Assembly (NCBI RefSeq): GCF_963921235.1
Contig: NC_086108.1
Span: 99,202,001 to 99,266,000, forward strand
DNA from: Mobula hypostoma
Lineage: Eukaryota
Length of the DNA stretch: 64,000 nt
Direction of reading: 5' to 3'
Shown here: positions 24,590-37,480 of the stretch, piece after piece
Layout: each line of letters starts with the position of its first letter
Position numbering within the stretch: position 1 is the stretch's first letter
The notes under the pieces: generated by a model
Database searches by the model: none
Told to the model about the DNA's origin: nothing
What the model saw: the letters and a program-made list of their open reading frames with translations, nothing else
Translations under genes and position numbers: made by a program

Positions 24590-25500
24590 AGACAGAGGAT
24601 GACAGGTTCCTGATGAGTAAGGGTGTCAAGGGTTATGGGAGGAGGCAGGAGAACAAGGCTGCTGCCCACGTTATGTTAAGAACATAGAATATTCTACAGC
24701 CTCAGGATACAAGGATGCTTATTTGGAACAGGGATGAGGAGGAATTTCTTTAGCCAGAGGGCTTGTGGACTTCATTGTTACAGAAGGCTGTGGAGGCCAA
24801 GTCACTGGGTACATTTAAAGTGGATGTTGGTAGGTTCTTGATTAATAAGGTGTCAAAGTTTATGGGGAGAAGGCAGGAGAATGGGGTTCAGAGGGAAAGC
24901 AGATCAGCCAAGATGGAATGGCAGAGCAGATTCACCGAGCCGAATAGCCTAACTCTGCTCCTAAGCCCTAATGGTCTAATTGCACAGCACAGGAACAGGC
25001 CCTTCACCCCACAGTATCTGTGGTGAACACGATGCCGAAGTAAACTAAATCTCCTCTGCCTGCACATGATGCACATCCAACCATTCCCTGCAAAGCCTTG
25101 TAAAAACCACTATTGTACCTGCTTCCACCACCACCTCTGATGGTCCCTTCCAGGCACCTATCACCCTCTGTGTAAAAAGCTTTGCCCTGCATATCAATCT
25201 CCAACTTCCCCCCATTCTCACCTGAAATACTTGCCTTCTAGTACCCAAAGGAAAACAATTCTATCCATTCCGTCTAACCCTCCCATTATTTTATAAGCTT
25301 CTATCAGATATGTCCCCAGCCTCTGACGCTCAAGACCAAATAACCCAGGTTTGCCAAACCTCATCTTATAGCTCATACTCTCTACGCTAGGCAGCATCCT
25401 GGTGAGCCTCTTTTGCACCCTCTCCAAAGCATGTATATCCTTCCTATTTTGAAATGTCCAGAAGGGCACTCAATATGTCAAGTGCAGCCTAAAGGAGTTT
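24590..25500. mobile_element. Tail-to-tail CR1 3' fragments (+ 24590-24975, - 24980-25500)
   Basis: ORF remnants AVEAKSLGTFK (+) and LERVQKRLTRMLP (-). Confidence 0.8.
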
Positions 25501-25893
25501 TATATGCTTCCATTTTGTTCAGTACTTCCATTCTGATGTGGCTTGCATTCGTCCTATTTGATTGGAAAAAGAAACATTCTCATTTCATTTATCCAGTTTT
25601 TCATGAGGGCAAATAAAATATTTCCTGATTTCTACCTTCTGTGTGTGACTGACCAGGCGCCCGGTGGCTGGGTTCCATAAGTGCCCCCAAACGGCAGAAG
25701 AATTGCAGATGCACGGAATCAGAAATGAAAAGGAAAAAAAAATGTTAGAAATGCTCAGCAGGCCAGGTAGCATCTGTGGGGAGAGAAACAGAGATAACAG
25801 AATCAGTCTGAAGCATTAACTGTGCTTCCCTTGCGTCTCCTTTGAACCCCACTTCTGGTCAGCTTCTTGGTAATTCCATCAGGTACAAATATA

Positions 25894-26590
25894 CACTCAG
25901 TAATCACCCAACTAGGTACCTTCAGTACCTAATAAAGTGGCCACTGAGTGTATGTTTGTGGTCTTCTGCTGCTGTAGCCCAGCCACTTCAAGGTTCAACG
26001 TGTTGCGCATTCAGAGATGCTCTTCTGCACATCACAGTTGTAACACGTGGTTATTTGAGTTACTGTTGCCTTCCTGTCAGCGTGTGTTTCTCTCTCCCCA
26101 CCCCTTACCTTTCAAATCTACTGTTCAGTTTTCTTTCTCCAGCCCTGCTGAACAGTTTTGGACCAAAACGTCGACTGTGCTTTTTTCCGCAGATGCTGCC
26201 TGGCCTGCTGAGTTCCTCCAACATTTTGTGTGTGTTGTTTGAACCAGTATGCTTATTCTCCTCTGACCTCTCACATTAACGGGGCATTTTTGTTCATAAA
26301 ACTGCCATTCACTGGATGCTTATTGTTACTTGCACCATCCTCTGTGAACTCAAGAGACTAGTGGGCATGAAAATCCCAGGAGGTCAGCGGTTTCTGAGAT
26401 ACTCAAACCACCCCATGTGGCACCAACAAACACTTCAAGGTCAAAGTCACTTAGATGTTCAGAACAATTGAATATCTTGACCATGTCTGCATGCTTTTAT
26501 GCATTGAGTTGCTGCCACATGATTGCCTGATTAAATATCCGCATTAATAAGCCAGTGTGCAGGTGTACCTAATAAAGTGGCCTCTCAGTG
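25894..26590 (-). mobile_element. Tc1-like family A copy with nested PLE unit (about 26080-26238)
   Basis: TA-flanked TIRs; internal sequence shared with the other copies. Confidence 0.85.
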
Positions 26591-27044
26591 TATATGAAGT
26601 TCGCCCCAGCTAGGTCTGTCTGCAGACACGGAATTTACAAGCATTTTTATTAGTTGGAAATGAGGTGTTTTACTGCTTGAGCTATCTATCTGAATGCTGG
26701 CCCTCATCAATCTGCTCGGCTCTGTATCTGTCCAGCATTATTCTCGACTAGATGGAGAGACAGCAAGGTTCGAGTGTGTGCAGATGTTCAGGATTTAGTA
26801 CTTTGCCAAGTAATTTCACTCACACTTCTTCTAAAGAAAAGCATTGGAATAATTAGACTTGAAATGACTCTTTCCGGATATTAATGCACAAATGTATAAT
26901 GCATGTGTGGGAAATTCTTCTCACGTGTATTAGAAGATTCAATGTATTTAAAATATAGCAGTGGATTGGCTTTAATAAAGTTATTCCAACTGCTCATTTG
27001 CTAATATTTGAAGAGTCTAATTTTTAAGTGCTTTTTGGTTTATT

Positions 27045-27428
27045 CTTCTTACTGCCCGTTATGCCACTGGTGTTTAGGGCGGCAATGAAGATTCCCTGGT
27101 ATTGTTCTGGGCTTCCTTCATCGTGTCAGTAGTTTCCGCTCGGTTTTCACTACTGTCAGTCATGCAAGTTAAGGGTGCAGAATCAGGAATACCATCGCAC
27201 TCAGATATAGAATTCTTCATTGCTCTTTCTGTAACAATTTTGTTTTGCCAGTCAGTGTTGTTAGCCCTGAGCTGAACCCCCAGACATTTGGGCCACTCTT
27301 AGTCTGTCCTCTACACTTTGCCATGGGTGACCCTACCAAGAGACAAAGCATAAAGCCCTGATTCCAGCCAATATAGCTCTCCGGGTCATTGAGACACGCA
27401 AGCCTCCAAACCCTGCAACAACAAGGTT
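27045..27428 (-). mobile_element. Bipartite RTE-derived non-autonomous element, second copy
   Basis: Homologous to 3410-4003 without the CR1 insertion. Confidence 0.6.
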
Positions 27429-27594
27429 GTGGTCCTCTTGGAGGTTTTTGGTTTATGATACAATATAAAATGGTATCATTTTGGCTTCTTCACTCTTCAT
27501 TTCCAGTCTGGATGAAGGGTCTTGGTGCGAATGGTCACCTGTATACTCCTCTTCACAGACAGCTTGAAAATAATTTTATATCTGTGCTGTTTTC

Positions 27595-28630
27595 ATAAGA
27601 CCAGAAAACAGAGGAGCAGGATTAGGCTATTTGACCCATCGAGTCTGCCTCGCTATTCCATCTTGGCTCATTTATTATGCCTCTCAACCCTTTTCTCCTG
27701 CCTTCTCCCCGTAGCCTTTGACATCCTTACTAATAAAGAATCTATCATCCTCCGCTTTAAATATACACAGTGACAGCCTCCACAGCTGTCCGTAGCAATG
27801 AACTCCACAGGTTCTCCACCCTCTGTTAAAGAAATCCCTCCTCATCTCTGTTCTAAAGGGACACCCTTCTATTCTGAGGTTGCACCCTCTGGTCCTAGAG
27901 TCCCCTACTACAGGAAACGTCCTTTCTCCATCCACTCTACCTAGGCCTTTCAATATTCAATAGGTATCAATGAGATCCCCCTTCCCTCACTCTTCTAAAC
28001 TCCAGCGAGTACTTTTTTTCTGTACATTACAGGATAAGAATTGTACACGCTGTGGGCAAACATATTATTTTTTTTCTGCAGCTTTGTAGGCTGGGTGGAT
28101 ACCTGATCAATAGTCAAGAGTAAAGATCAAGAATCAACTTTATTCACAAATACACATTAACATGTATTAGGAATTTGCTGTGGTGTGTTGGTGTGAAATA
28201 CGACAAACGCAACAACATTCAACAGTTATAAAGAATAAAGAATTATATAAAGTTAGAGATATAAAGTATGAATAGTGGTTTATATGATCATGAGAGGGCT
28301 GGATCGAGGAGATAGCCAGTATCTTTTTCCAAGGTTCGAAATGTCTGATATCAAGAGCCATGTATTTAAGGCGAGAGGGGGAATTACAAAGGAGGTGAAC
28401 AGGGCATGCTTCTTTTTTTCACGCAGAGAGAGGTGGGTGCCGAGAGTGCTAGGACTGGTAGTGGAGGCAAATCTGATCGAGGTATTTAAGGGGCTTTTAG
28501 AAAGGCACATCAATATGCAGAGAATGGAGGGATATGGACTTTGTGTAGGCAGAAGGGATTAGTTTAGTTAGGCGTTTAATTAGTTCAGCACAACATCGTG
28601 GGCCTAAGGGCCTTTTCTTGTGCTGCACTG
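27595..28630. mobile_element. CR1 3' fragments (- 27595-28010; + 28270-28630)
   Basis: KGLGRVDGERTFPVVGDSRTRG (-) and MRGLDRGDSQYLFPR (+). Confidence 0.8.
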
Positions 28631-29419
28631 CTTGCCCCAGGTTCAATGTTCCGAAACAGTCTCGGTATGCAGTGAGCTTCACTATAATTATATGGTTTTG
28701 ATGGAGGCCGGATCTTAAAAACAGAAGAGGTTGCAGTTGTGCTGAAAGGCAGGAATTAAACAAATGGCAGTCGAACAACAGCCAAGTGATAGAGAGCGCT
28801 CCAAACGAGGTAGGACTGTGAGAGTGGCCGCAGTGCTACTGTGGAACAGTCAGCTGTCTGCTAGGGAATAGATAGACAGAACTCATTAATCTTCAATCCA
28901 GTACACTACACAGCCTGTCCTTTAATGCACCTGCACAAGCCTGAAGTAATTACAGGAAGGGACTATTAGTATGAGTGAGCTTCAGCAAGGATGTAACTAT
29001 CTTCCCTTGTCAGGCTATTGATCGACAACTGATTAGTGGATGATTTTCCTCAGTAGAATAATTGTGTTTATGTTATTGTGCCCTTACTGACCTGGGATGG
29101 GACCCATATCTTCCAACTCTTGAGTTTTTAACCCTAGAACTACAGGACAGAGTAATGAACTGGAACCTGGTAAGGCTGATGGCATATAATAGTGCAGGGA
29201 TAAATCAGAAGTGGGCTACATCCTATACCTGGATTTACTGCACTTCAAATAAAATGACCAAGGCGTAAACTCTCTAAAATAATCAACGTACAGTAAGGTC
29301 AAAGAACTACAATGGAGTCAGAGAAAGATGCAAATTTATGGCTTAGAATGAGGTCATTTTAGCCCATTGTGTGTCCACTTGCCAAAAACAGAAGTTAAAG
29401 AAAATGTCATTAGGAAATA

Positions 29420-29895
29420 ATTTGGAAAATGTGTAGCTCGGGTGGTTGATGGTTGAGTTGAATTGTTCTCCAATGTCAGTAATTTGCTTGCAAACGTTTC
29501 ATCACCACACAATGAGACGTCATCAGTGTGCTGTTAATTGTGGTGTGTCCTCCGAACTTATATACTTATAAATCAGGACATGAAGGGATACAGGGAGAAG
29601 GCAGGAGATTGGGGCTGAGAGGGAAAATGGATCAGCCATGGTGAAATGACAGAGCAGACTTGATGGGCCAAATGGCCTAATTCTGTTCCTATATCTTATG
29701 GTCTCATTACGGAAACTCAGTTGTGATGTAGGGAGGAAATCTCGTCGCCGATTGTTTGGGTGGTGATCTTCGTGGTCTGGAATTTTGCCCACATTGGCTT
29801 ATAATTAGGATCAAGGTACAGTACATGCCTGTTTGCAGGATTGTTCATGGAAAACCATGCTTCTAGGAATTCTCTTGCATACCGTATGTTTGTCA
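29420..29895 (-). mobile_element. Second Penelope-like family: GIY-YIG C-terminus plus pLTR with hammerhead, interrupted by a CR1 tail (about 29573-29706)
   Basis: Minus strand about 29895-29775 translates TNIRYAREFLEAWFSMNNPANRHVLYLDPNYKPMWAKF (PLE REFLEAW...NRH..LDPxY motif), followed downstream by a hammerhead core. Confidence 0.75.
29487..29533 (-). ncRNA. Minimal type I hammerhead ribozyme motif (PLE-associated)
   Basis: gcaca-CUGAUGA-cgucucauuguguggugau-GAAA-CGUU-ugc; palindromic helix III aaacgttt (29492-29499). Confidence 0.65.
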
Positions 29896-30154
29896 TTTAT
29901 TTGGTATAATGGTCTTGGATACAGGAAGTAAGATCGCTGGTAAGAGTTAACCCATTGATGATCAAGGGTCTTTCCTCTTTCTGGTGTTCGTGAGACAGAG
30001 AAGGGTTTCATGATCGAGGGAGTGGGATGGGATTTGTTGTACAAGGGGTCCTAGGGCAGAACCCAAAACAAGAGGTAGATAACGCACAGAGGACCTGACT
30101 GAGGTGGGCAAACATTCTCATATTCCATGGGCCAGGAGCTGAGCAGTTATTAGA

Positions 30155-30590
30155 CGCACACACGAGATCTGCAGATGCTGGAAATTCGAGCAACGCACAC
30201 AAAATGCCGGCAGAACGCAGCAAGCCAGGCAGCATCTATAGGAAGAAGTACGACGTTTCGGGCCAAGACCCTGCGTCAGGACTAACTGAAAGAAGAGCTA
30301 GTAAGAGATTTGAAAGTGGCAGGGGGAGGGGGAGACCCGAAATGATAAGAGAAGACAGGAGGGGGAGGGATGAAGCTAAGAGCTGGAAAGTTGATTGGCA
30401 AAAGGGATACAAGACTGGAGAAGGGGGAGGATCATGGGACGGGAGGCCTAGGGAGAAAGAAAGGCTGGGGAGCACCAGAGGAAGATGAAGAGCAGGCAAG
30501 GAGTTATTGTGAGAGGGATAGAGAGAGAGAATAAAAAGGAAAAAAATAATAAATAAGTAAATAAGGGATGGAGTAAGAAGGGGAGGAGTT
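30155..30590 (-). mobile_element. PLE-derived unit, low divergence, hammerhead motif at 30252-30283
   Basis: Minus strand reads agtc-CTGACGC-agggtcttggccc-GAAA-cgtc, with several CpGs retained. Confidence 0.85.
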
Positions 30591-31524
30591 ATTAGATATT
30601 GGTTTAATGTTGTCACATGTACCAAGACGCAGTGAAAAGATTTATTTTGCATCTACGCAGATCAGTTCAAGACATGAACATCAAGGTAATACAAAGGGAA
30701 AGTCAATAACAGAATACACAAAATAGTGTAACAGTTACAGGGGAAGTACCGCGCAGATAGACAATGACGTGCAGGGCCATGATGAGGGAGACTGTGAGTT
30801 CAAGAGTTTGTCATCATCATACCAGCTGTCTGTTCAAAATTCTTATAACAGCAGACTAAAAGCTGTCCTTGAGCCTTCTGGTGCTCCTATCAAGTTTCTG
30901 TATCCTCTTCCCAATGGAAGGAGGGACATTAGACAATGTCCAGAGTGGGAAGGGTCTTTGATTATTGTTGCTTTCCCAAGGCACCCAGAACAGTAGACAG
31001 AATTGTAAACCCCTCCAGTCCTTTAGAACAGAGATGAGGAGGAGCTTCTTTAGCCAGAGGGTGGTGAATCTGTGGAATTCATGGCCACAGATGGCTGTGG
31101 AGGCCAAGACATTTGGTATATTTGAAGCAGAGGTTAATAGGTCATTGATTAGCAAGCGTTTCAAAGGTTATGGAGAGAAGGCAGGAGAAAGGGGTTGAGA
31201 GGGAACCTTAGATTCCACGCCACCAGGTTCAGGAAGAGTTATTACCCCTCAACATCAGGCTCTTGAACCAGCATGGATAACTTTATTCACCCAATAATTC
31301 CACAGCCTGTGGACTCACTTTCAAGGACTCCACAACTCATGTTCTCAGCATTATTTATTCATTATTATTTTGTTTTCTCTGTTTGGTATTTGTACAATTT
31401 GCTGTTTTTTGGACATTGGTTGTTTATCTGTTATCCTTTGATTTGTGCCTTTCATTGATTCTATGATGTCTCTTTGTATATATGTGAACGCTTGCAAGAG
31501 AATGAATCCCAGGCTAGAATATCA

Positions 31525-31772
31525 GTTTCGACTGGCAACATCATCTTTTCCACGATCTCCATCAGCACGGGTGCACCACAAGGCTGTGTGCCTAGCCCCC
31601 TGCTCCTCGCTTTACACTTATGAGTATGTGACGAAGCACAGCTCCAAAGCCATAATTAAGTCTGCTGATGACACCATTGGCGTAGGGTATCTAAAGGTGG
31701 TGGTGAATCAGCATATAGGAAGCAGACTGAAAGTTGGCTGAGTGGTATCACAACAACAATCTCTTACTCAAA
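31525..31772 (+). mobile_element. Rex1/Babar-type RT core fragment
   Basis: ISISTGAPQGCVPSPLL...YTYEYVTKHSSKAIIKSADDT (PQG and xADD motifs), frameshifted. Confidence 0.75.
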
Positions 31773-33801
31773 GATGGGGAAATCTGCAGATGCTGGAAAT
31801 CCAAGCAACTCTCACAAAATGCTGAAGGAACTCAGCAGGCCAGGCAGCATCTATGGAAAAGAGTAAAGGGTAAACCCTTCATCAGCACCTACCTCCCTCT
31901 CCGATCAGAGTCACGTGAACCCATGGGAGCAGGTGGTGGATGGTCATATGAAGAGGTCCATATCCCAAGTCCTGGTTATGAGACAATCTCTGAAGTATTA
32001 ATAATGGCTGGGGTCACTCATGTTGTAAAGACACTGCTCAGAAGAAGGCAATGGCAAAGCGCTTCTGTAGAAAAAATTGCCAGGAACAATTATGATCATG
32101 GAGACCATTATCATATGACACAAATGTAATGATTGAACAAACCTCCCCTATCTTTCAGTCTTAACGAAGACCTTAACCCAAAATGGCATCTGTCCATTTC
32201 CTTCCATTGGTAATCTCTCTTGCTCGGTCTCTTATTCTGCTGCAGAGATGTGGGAAAAAGCCAGCTGAACTCGTTAGTGGATTAGGTGCTGTGATGAATC
32301 TGCCTTTTTCGTGCAGTACAAGTTTCTCTCTGCTGTCTGATTGCATCCCTAAAGGGCGACCAATTACATCTGATTGACGTGATTTGATCAGCAGCTTCCT
32401 TCAGAACAAGCCCCAAGATCTGGGACAAGGGTTTTTCTTGCACCATTAATAAAACAAAACCAGAAACAGATGATCAGGCCACATTTTTATATGCAAAAAA
32501 ACAAATAAATCATCCTTTAAAATGCAACTCGATCTGATTACCCAATAAAATATGGATGAGGAGGAACACAATCAAGACCTAACTTTTGTAATAGTTTGGA
32601 GACTGTGCTAATGGCAAGAATCCTATCTCAAACATTCAGGCAGAAAACACTAATAAGGCTTTTGTGCCAATCACAGGGATTTTTTTTTTGTTTGAAGCAA
32701 AGTTTCGAGGTCAGTGAGTACCTCTGGAAAACCCTGATGAGGTTGTACGCCTGGTCAGTTTAGCTGATTCAACCACACGAGTACAGAAGCCGGTCGCCTG
32801 CAGAAATTCCCCAACTGCTGCACGTCTCTGCATTTGCAAGATCCCCCCACGTAGCAGCATTGATATGCCTTTTAACGTCAAGTGTATCAAGTCCACCGGC
32901 GCACTGATAACAGAATGCTGAAGCAACCGAGCAAGAGCCCTGATCCCTGGGGTCTCCAACAGTTGGCGCCCATAAACGAGCAATATAATGGGCAAGGTTT
33001 ATCACAGCCTGCGAGGGTTAGAACAACCTCTCCATCTGAATTAAAGTCTCCTGTTTTTAACTGAAAGTATAACTGTGATTTGAATTATATCTTCAGCCAA
33101 TGAAAAATTACAGTAATCTCATGTTTATAACGACTGGCGGCACAACTTATGAATATAATTCACATGTACAGCTGCAGAACAAGCTGAAGCACAAGACTAC
33201 TTTGGGAGTCTAACTGGGTTTTGATATTGTTGATTGAAGATTGCTAGACAGAGGGGAGATTTGTACTTGCGGAATGAATTGCTGCATCAGTTGTTTTTTT
33301 TATTTCACAAAATGCATACCATTAATAAATCCCAAATAAATAACTAATCAAAATTTATAACTGTGAAGATAGAAAACACAGTTGTTACAAATCTGCACTG
33401 TCAATTTTCAAAAATACAGCTTGTGTACAATGGAATTACATTATGGCATAATTGGTTTTGCTTCCTGACATTGGAGGTGAACTATCCTTGGGTTGTCAGC
33501 CTGTCTGGGTGTGCACATTGGTGGAAGAGTTGGGAAAGGGGCTTGCTTTGCTGTTGTTGTCTTGTTTGTTTCATTTTTATTGCTGTTATGTTGTTGTGCG
33601 GAACACGGTGGGTGCCGGAATGTGTGGCGACATTTGCAGTCTGCCTCCAGCTCATCCTTGGTGAGGTAGTGTACATGGCTTCAATGTCCATTGATGGCAA
33701 AGGGGAGGAAGCTATTCCTGAATTGTCGATTGTGTGCCTTCAGGCTCGCACATTCAGTTGATACATTTCAAATGCTGCATTTCACTGTATGTTTCTATGT
33801 A

Positions 33802-34250
33802 CAGTACTGTGTAAAAGTCTCTATATATAAACAAACCTGATTCTGATATGGGTCTCTATTGTGGACAGAGAGTGGTAAGGGGGCAGGGAGAGGGGAATCA
33901 TGGTCAGGAAAAGGGGAAGGGAGAAGCGAGGGAGCAGGGAGCACCAGAGACAATCTGCAGTGATCAATAAACCAATTTTTTGGAATCAAATGGCCTTGCC
34001 TGGTGTCTCAGGGCTGGGTGTGTCTGCATCCGTACCACCTCCCCGCCCGTCCCTGGCACTCTTTCTCTGCCACCTGTCCTACACCCCTCTCCCAGGGCGC
34101 TCCATCCTCGCTAATCCCACCATCCTTTGCTCCTACCAGACTTACAAACTTTCTCTCAGCTCCATATTGACAAATACAGTACTGTACAAAAGTCTAAGGC
34201 ATCTTAGCTGTGTGTGTGTGTGTATATATATAGATTTTTGCATAGTATTG
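33802..34250 (+). mobile_element. Non-autonomous Tc1/mariner-type element (family B) with three TIR copies
   Basis: TA-cagtactgtgtaaaagtct at 33802, TA-cagtactgtacaaaagtct at 34177, inverted copy ending at 34250 followed by TA. A related mini element lies at about 44270-44330. Confidence 0.7.
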
Positions 34251-34599
34251 TATTTTTGAAATATGTGCATTGAAACTGTGTACACACAATCTATGTATAC
34301 TGTATATGCTAATCACATGTATTTGTATTTATTGTGTTTTGTTGTGTTCTTTATGCTTTTTGTGGTTCCTTAAGGTTATTATATCCAGGTGAGGTAGTGG
34401 GGATAAGCTTCCACTGCTAATTAAATGCTCTCAATAGCACGCATCTCAAATGGCCTCTGACAACCAACTTCAGCTCCTGGCCTTCATGTGTGGCTTATTG
34501 TGTATTTTTATGCTGCATTGGATGTGGAGTAATAATCATGTTGTTCTCCTTTACGCTTGTTTACTGAAGAATGACAAGAAGCAATGCAAGACTTATTGA

Positions 34600-35427
34600 G
34601 AAAGTAAGGAATCGTGGGATCTGAGGGGACATTGCTTTGTGTTCAACACATAAGTGTTAGGTGGTTCATTTTGGTAGGTCAAATATGATGGCAGAATATA
34701 ACTTCAATGGTAAGACTCTTGGCAGTGTGGAGGATCAGAAGGATCTTGGGGTGCGAGTCCATTGGATACTCAAAGCTGCTGTGCAGGTTGACTCTATGGT
34801 TAAGAAGGCAGACAGTGCATTGGCCTTCATTAACCGTGGGATTAAGTTTAAAGCTGAGAGGTAATGTTGTAGCTGTATAGGACCCTGATCAGACCCCACT
34901 TGGAGTATTGTGCTCAATTCTGGTCGCCTCACTACAGGAAGGATGTGGAAACCATAGAAAGGGTGCAGAGAAGTTTTACAAGGATGTTGCCTGGATTGGG
35001 GAGCATGCCTTATGAGAATAGGTTGTGTGAACGTGGCCCTTTCTCCTTGGAGTGACGGAGGATGAGAGGTGACCTGATAGAGGTGTACAAGATGATGAGA
35101 GACACTGATCAGAGGCCTTTTCCCAGGGCTGAAATGGCTAGCACGAGAGGGCACAGTTTTAAGGTGCTTGGAAGTAGGTACTGAGGAGATGTCAAGGTAA
35201 GTTTTTTTTTTAAAAACGCAGAGAGCGGTGAGTGTATGGAATGGGCTGCTGGCGGAGGCGGAGGAGGCGGGAAAAATTGGGTCTTTTAAGAAACTCCTGG
35301 ATAGATACATGGAGCTTAGAAAAATAGAGGCTATGGGTAAGCCTAAGTAGTTCTAAGGTAAGGATATGTTCACACAGCTTTGTGGGCCGAAGGGCCTGTA
35401 TTGTGTTGTATGTTTTCTATGTTTCTA
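34600..35427 (+). mobile_element. CR1 RT C-terminal half and 3' tail
   Basis: VHFGRSNMMAEYNFNGKTLGSVEDQKDLGVRVH...RPHLEYCAQFWSPHYRKDVE. Confidence 0.9.
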
Positions 35428-35779
35428 ATCAAGAATCTTGAAAAAATAAATATAAATCTGTCTGAATGCAGTAGTTAGATTGCAACAGAGTCACTTACAT
35501 AAATTCTGTAACTACACAACAAATCCTCAATATTTCATAATTATTTTTTAATCACAAAATAATCAAATTCAATAGCAGTTTGAGTAGAACTACAAAAATA
35601 ATGCTGTGACATGTAAAATGAGGGCTGAAAGGGAAGGATTATCTCATCAGCTGAGGGGCGTAATGGGAGGGAGAATCGCAGTCGAGAACCTGTCAGTGAA
35701 TACGACTCACCAATTGAGTCAGTTCACCTGCAAAGATTTTACCTTGTTACGCTCAGAGGTGGTGAGACAGGCTTTTGTC

Positions 35780-36930
35780 TCTGTGTTGAGTCAATTTCAG
35801 GTTTATTGTCATGGGCAAGGGCATACCAACCCAGGGTATAAATGCTATGAAAATAAGCTCTTCACAGCAGCAGCACAGCAAGTTAATATGAACTTAAATT
35901 ACATAAAGTATATGTCATGAAATTTTTTATGTGTAAGTATTATATTGCAATGCATAATATTAAAAACTGAAATACAGTACGTACACACACACAAAATTAA
36001 ATAAGTAGAGCAAAAAAGTAGTGAGTTAGTGTTCATGGGTTGAATGTCCATTCAGAAATTGAATGGCAGAGAGGAAGAAGCTGTTCCTGAATCACTGAGT
36101 GTGTGCCTTCAGGCTCCTGTACCTCTTCCTTGATGGTAGCAGTGAGGAGAGGGCATGTCCTGGGTGATTGGGATTCTTAATAATGGATGCCTCTTTTCTG
36201 AGGCATCGCTCTTTGAAGATGTGCAGGATGCTGGGGAGGCTAGTGCTCATGATGAAACTGGTTGAGTTTACAACTTTCTGCAGCTTATTTCAATCTGTGC
36301 AGTGAAATACAGTCTGAGGTAGTGTTAGGGTTTTCCAGGTTGGTTCAAGAACTTAATGGTAGTGGGGAAAAAGCTGTTGTTGAACCTTGAGGTATGGGTC
36401 TTCAGGCTCCTGTACCTCCAGCCTGATGGCATCAAAGTTCAAAGTTGAGAGTAAATTTATTATCAAAGTACATATACATCGCCAGATACCACCGAGGTTC
36501 ATTTTCTTTCAGGCATTCACAATGGAACAAAGAAATACAATAGAATCAATGAAAAACTACACACAAAGACTGGCAAATAACTAATGTGCAAAAGAGAAAC
36601 TGCAAATACAAAAAAAAATATATAAATAATACTGAGAACTGTGTTGTAGATTCCTTGAAAGTGAGTCTAGGTTCTGGAACCAATTCAGAGTTGAGGTGAG
36701 TGAATTTATCCACGCTGGTTCAGAAGCCTGAAGGGTAATAACTGTTCCTGAAGCTGTCCCAGATTCAGGGGGTCATTGTTGATGGATGCTGTCTCCAAGA
36801 GACACTGCATCTTGTAGGTGTCGTCAATGGTGGGGAGAGCTGGAGCCGTGATGGAACTGGTTGAACCTACCACTCTCTTGTGTCCTGTGCATTGGAGTTT
36901 CCAACCAGACTCTGATGCAATCTAACAGAA
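35780..36930 (-). mobile_element. Stack of Rex1/Babar-type 3' fragments
   Basis: Repeated gaagctgttcctgaa...cttcaggctcctgtacctc...tgatgg modules, the reverse complement of the 3' region seen at 680-1202. Confidence 0.55.
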
Positions 36931-37415
36931 TAATTTCTACTGCTGGGCTTTTCTTTGCTAAACTGAATAGTACAAGCTATTTCTCTGGGTAGCTGGGAGT
37001 GTTTTTATTCCAGAACCTTGGCCAGTGGGGGGAGATGAGTGAGTGCAGAGGGGATGCAGGAAAGGGATGATAGTAGAGTGCTTTGCGGATTGGTAATGAT
37101 TCTTGTGAAGGCTCGATGATGGTTAAGGAGTTGGGAGAGAGTGTTGAAGAGGCACTGGATTATATTCGGGCCGATTTTCTGCATTAAGGGGAAACAATGG
37201 AGAGACAATGCGCTTCTGATGAAACTACCTACATTTTACAGCACAAGAGATGCTGCAAATCTTGTGCAATGCATACAAAATGCTGGAAGAACTCAGCAGG
37301 TCAGGCAACATTTGTGGAGTGGAATGAGCTGTTCACGTTTTGGGAAGGGCCACGACCTGAAACATAGACTATTCATTTCCCTCTGTAGATGCTGCCTGAC
37401 CTGCTGAGTTTCTCC

Positions 37416-37417
<2 letters not shown>

Positions 37418-37479
<62 letters not shown>
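37418..37479. repeat. (GT)31 microsatellite
   Basis: Perfect dinucleotide run at the end of a PLE foldback unit (about 37265-37417). Confidence 0.98.

Positions 37480-37480
<1 letters not shown>

Noticed and set aside
32720..32780. ctgatgag as another hammerhead core
   Set aside because: No downstream helix II plus GAAA and no cleavage-site pairing.
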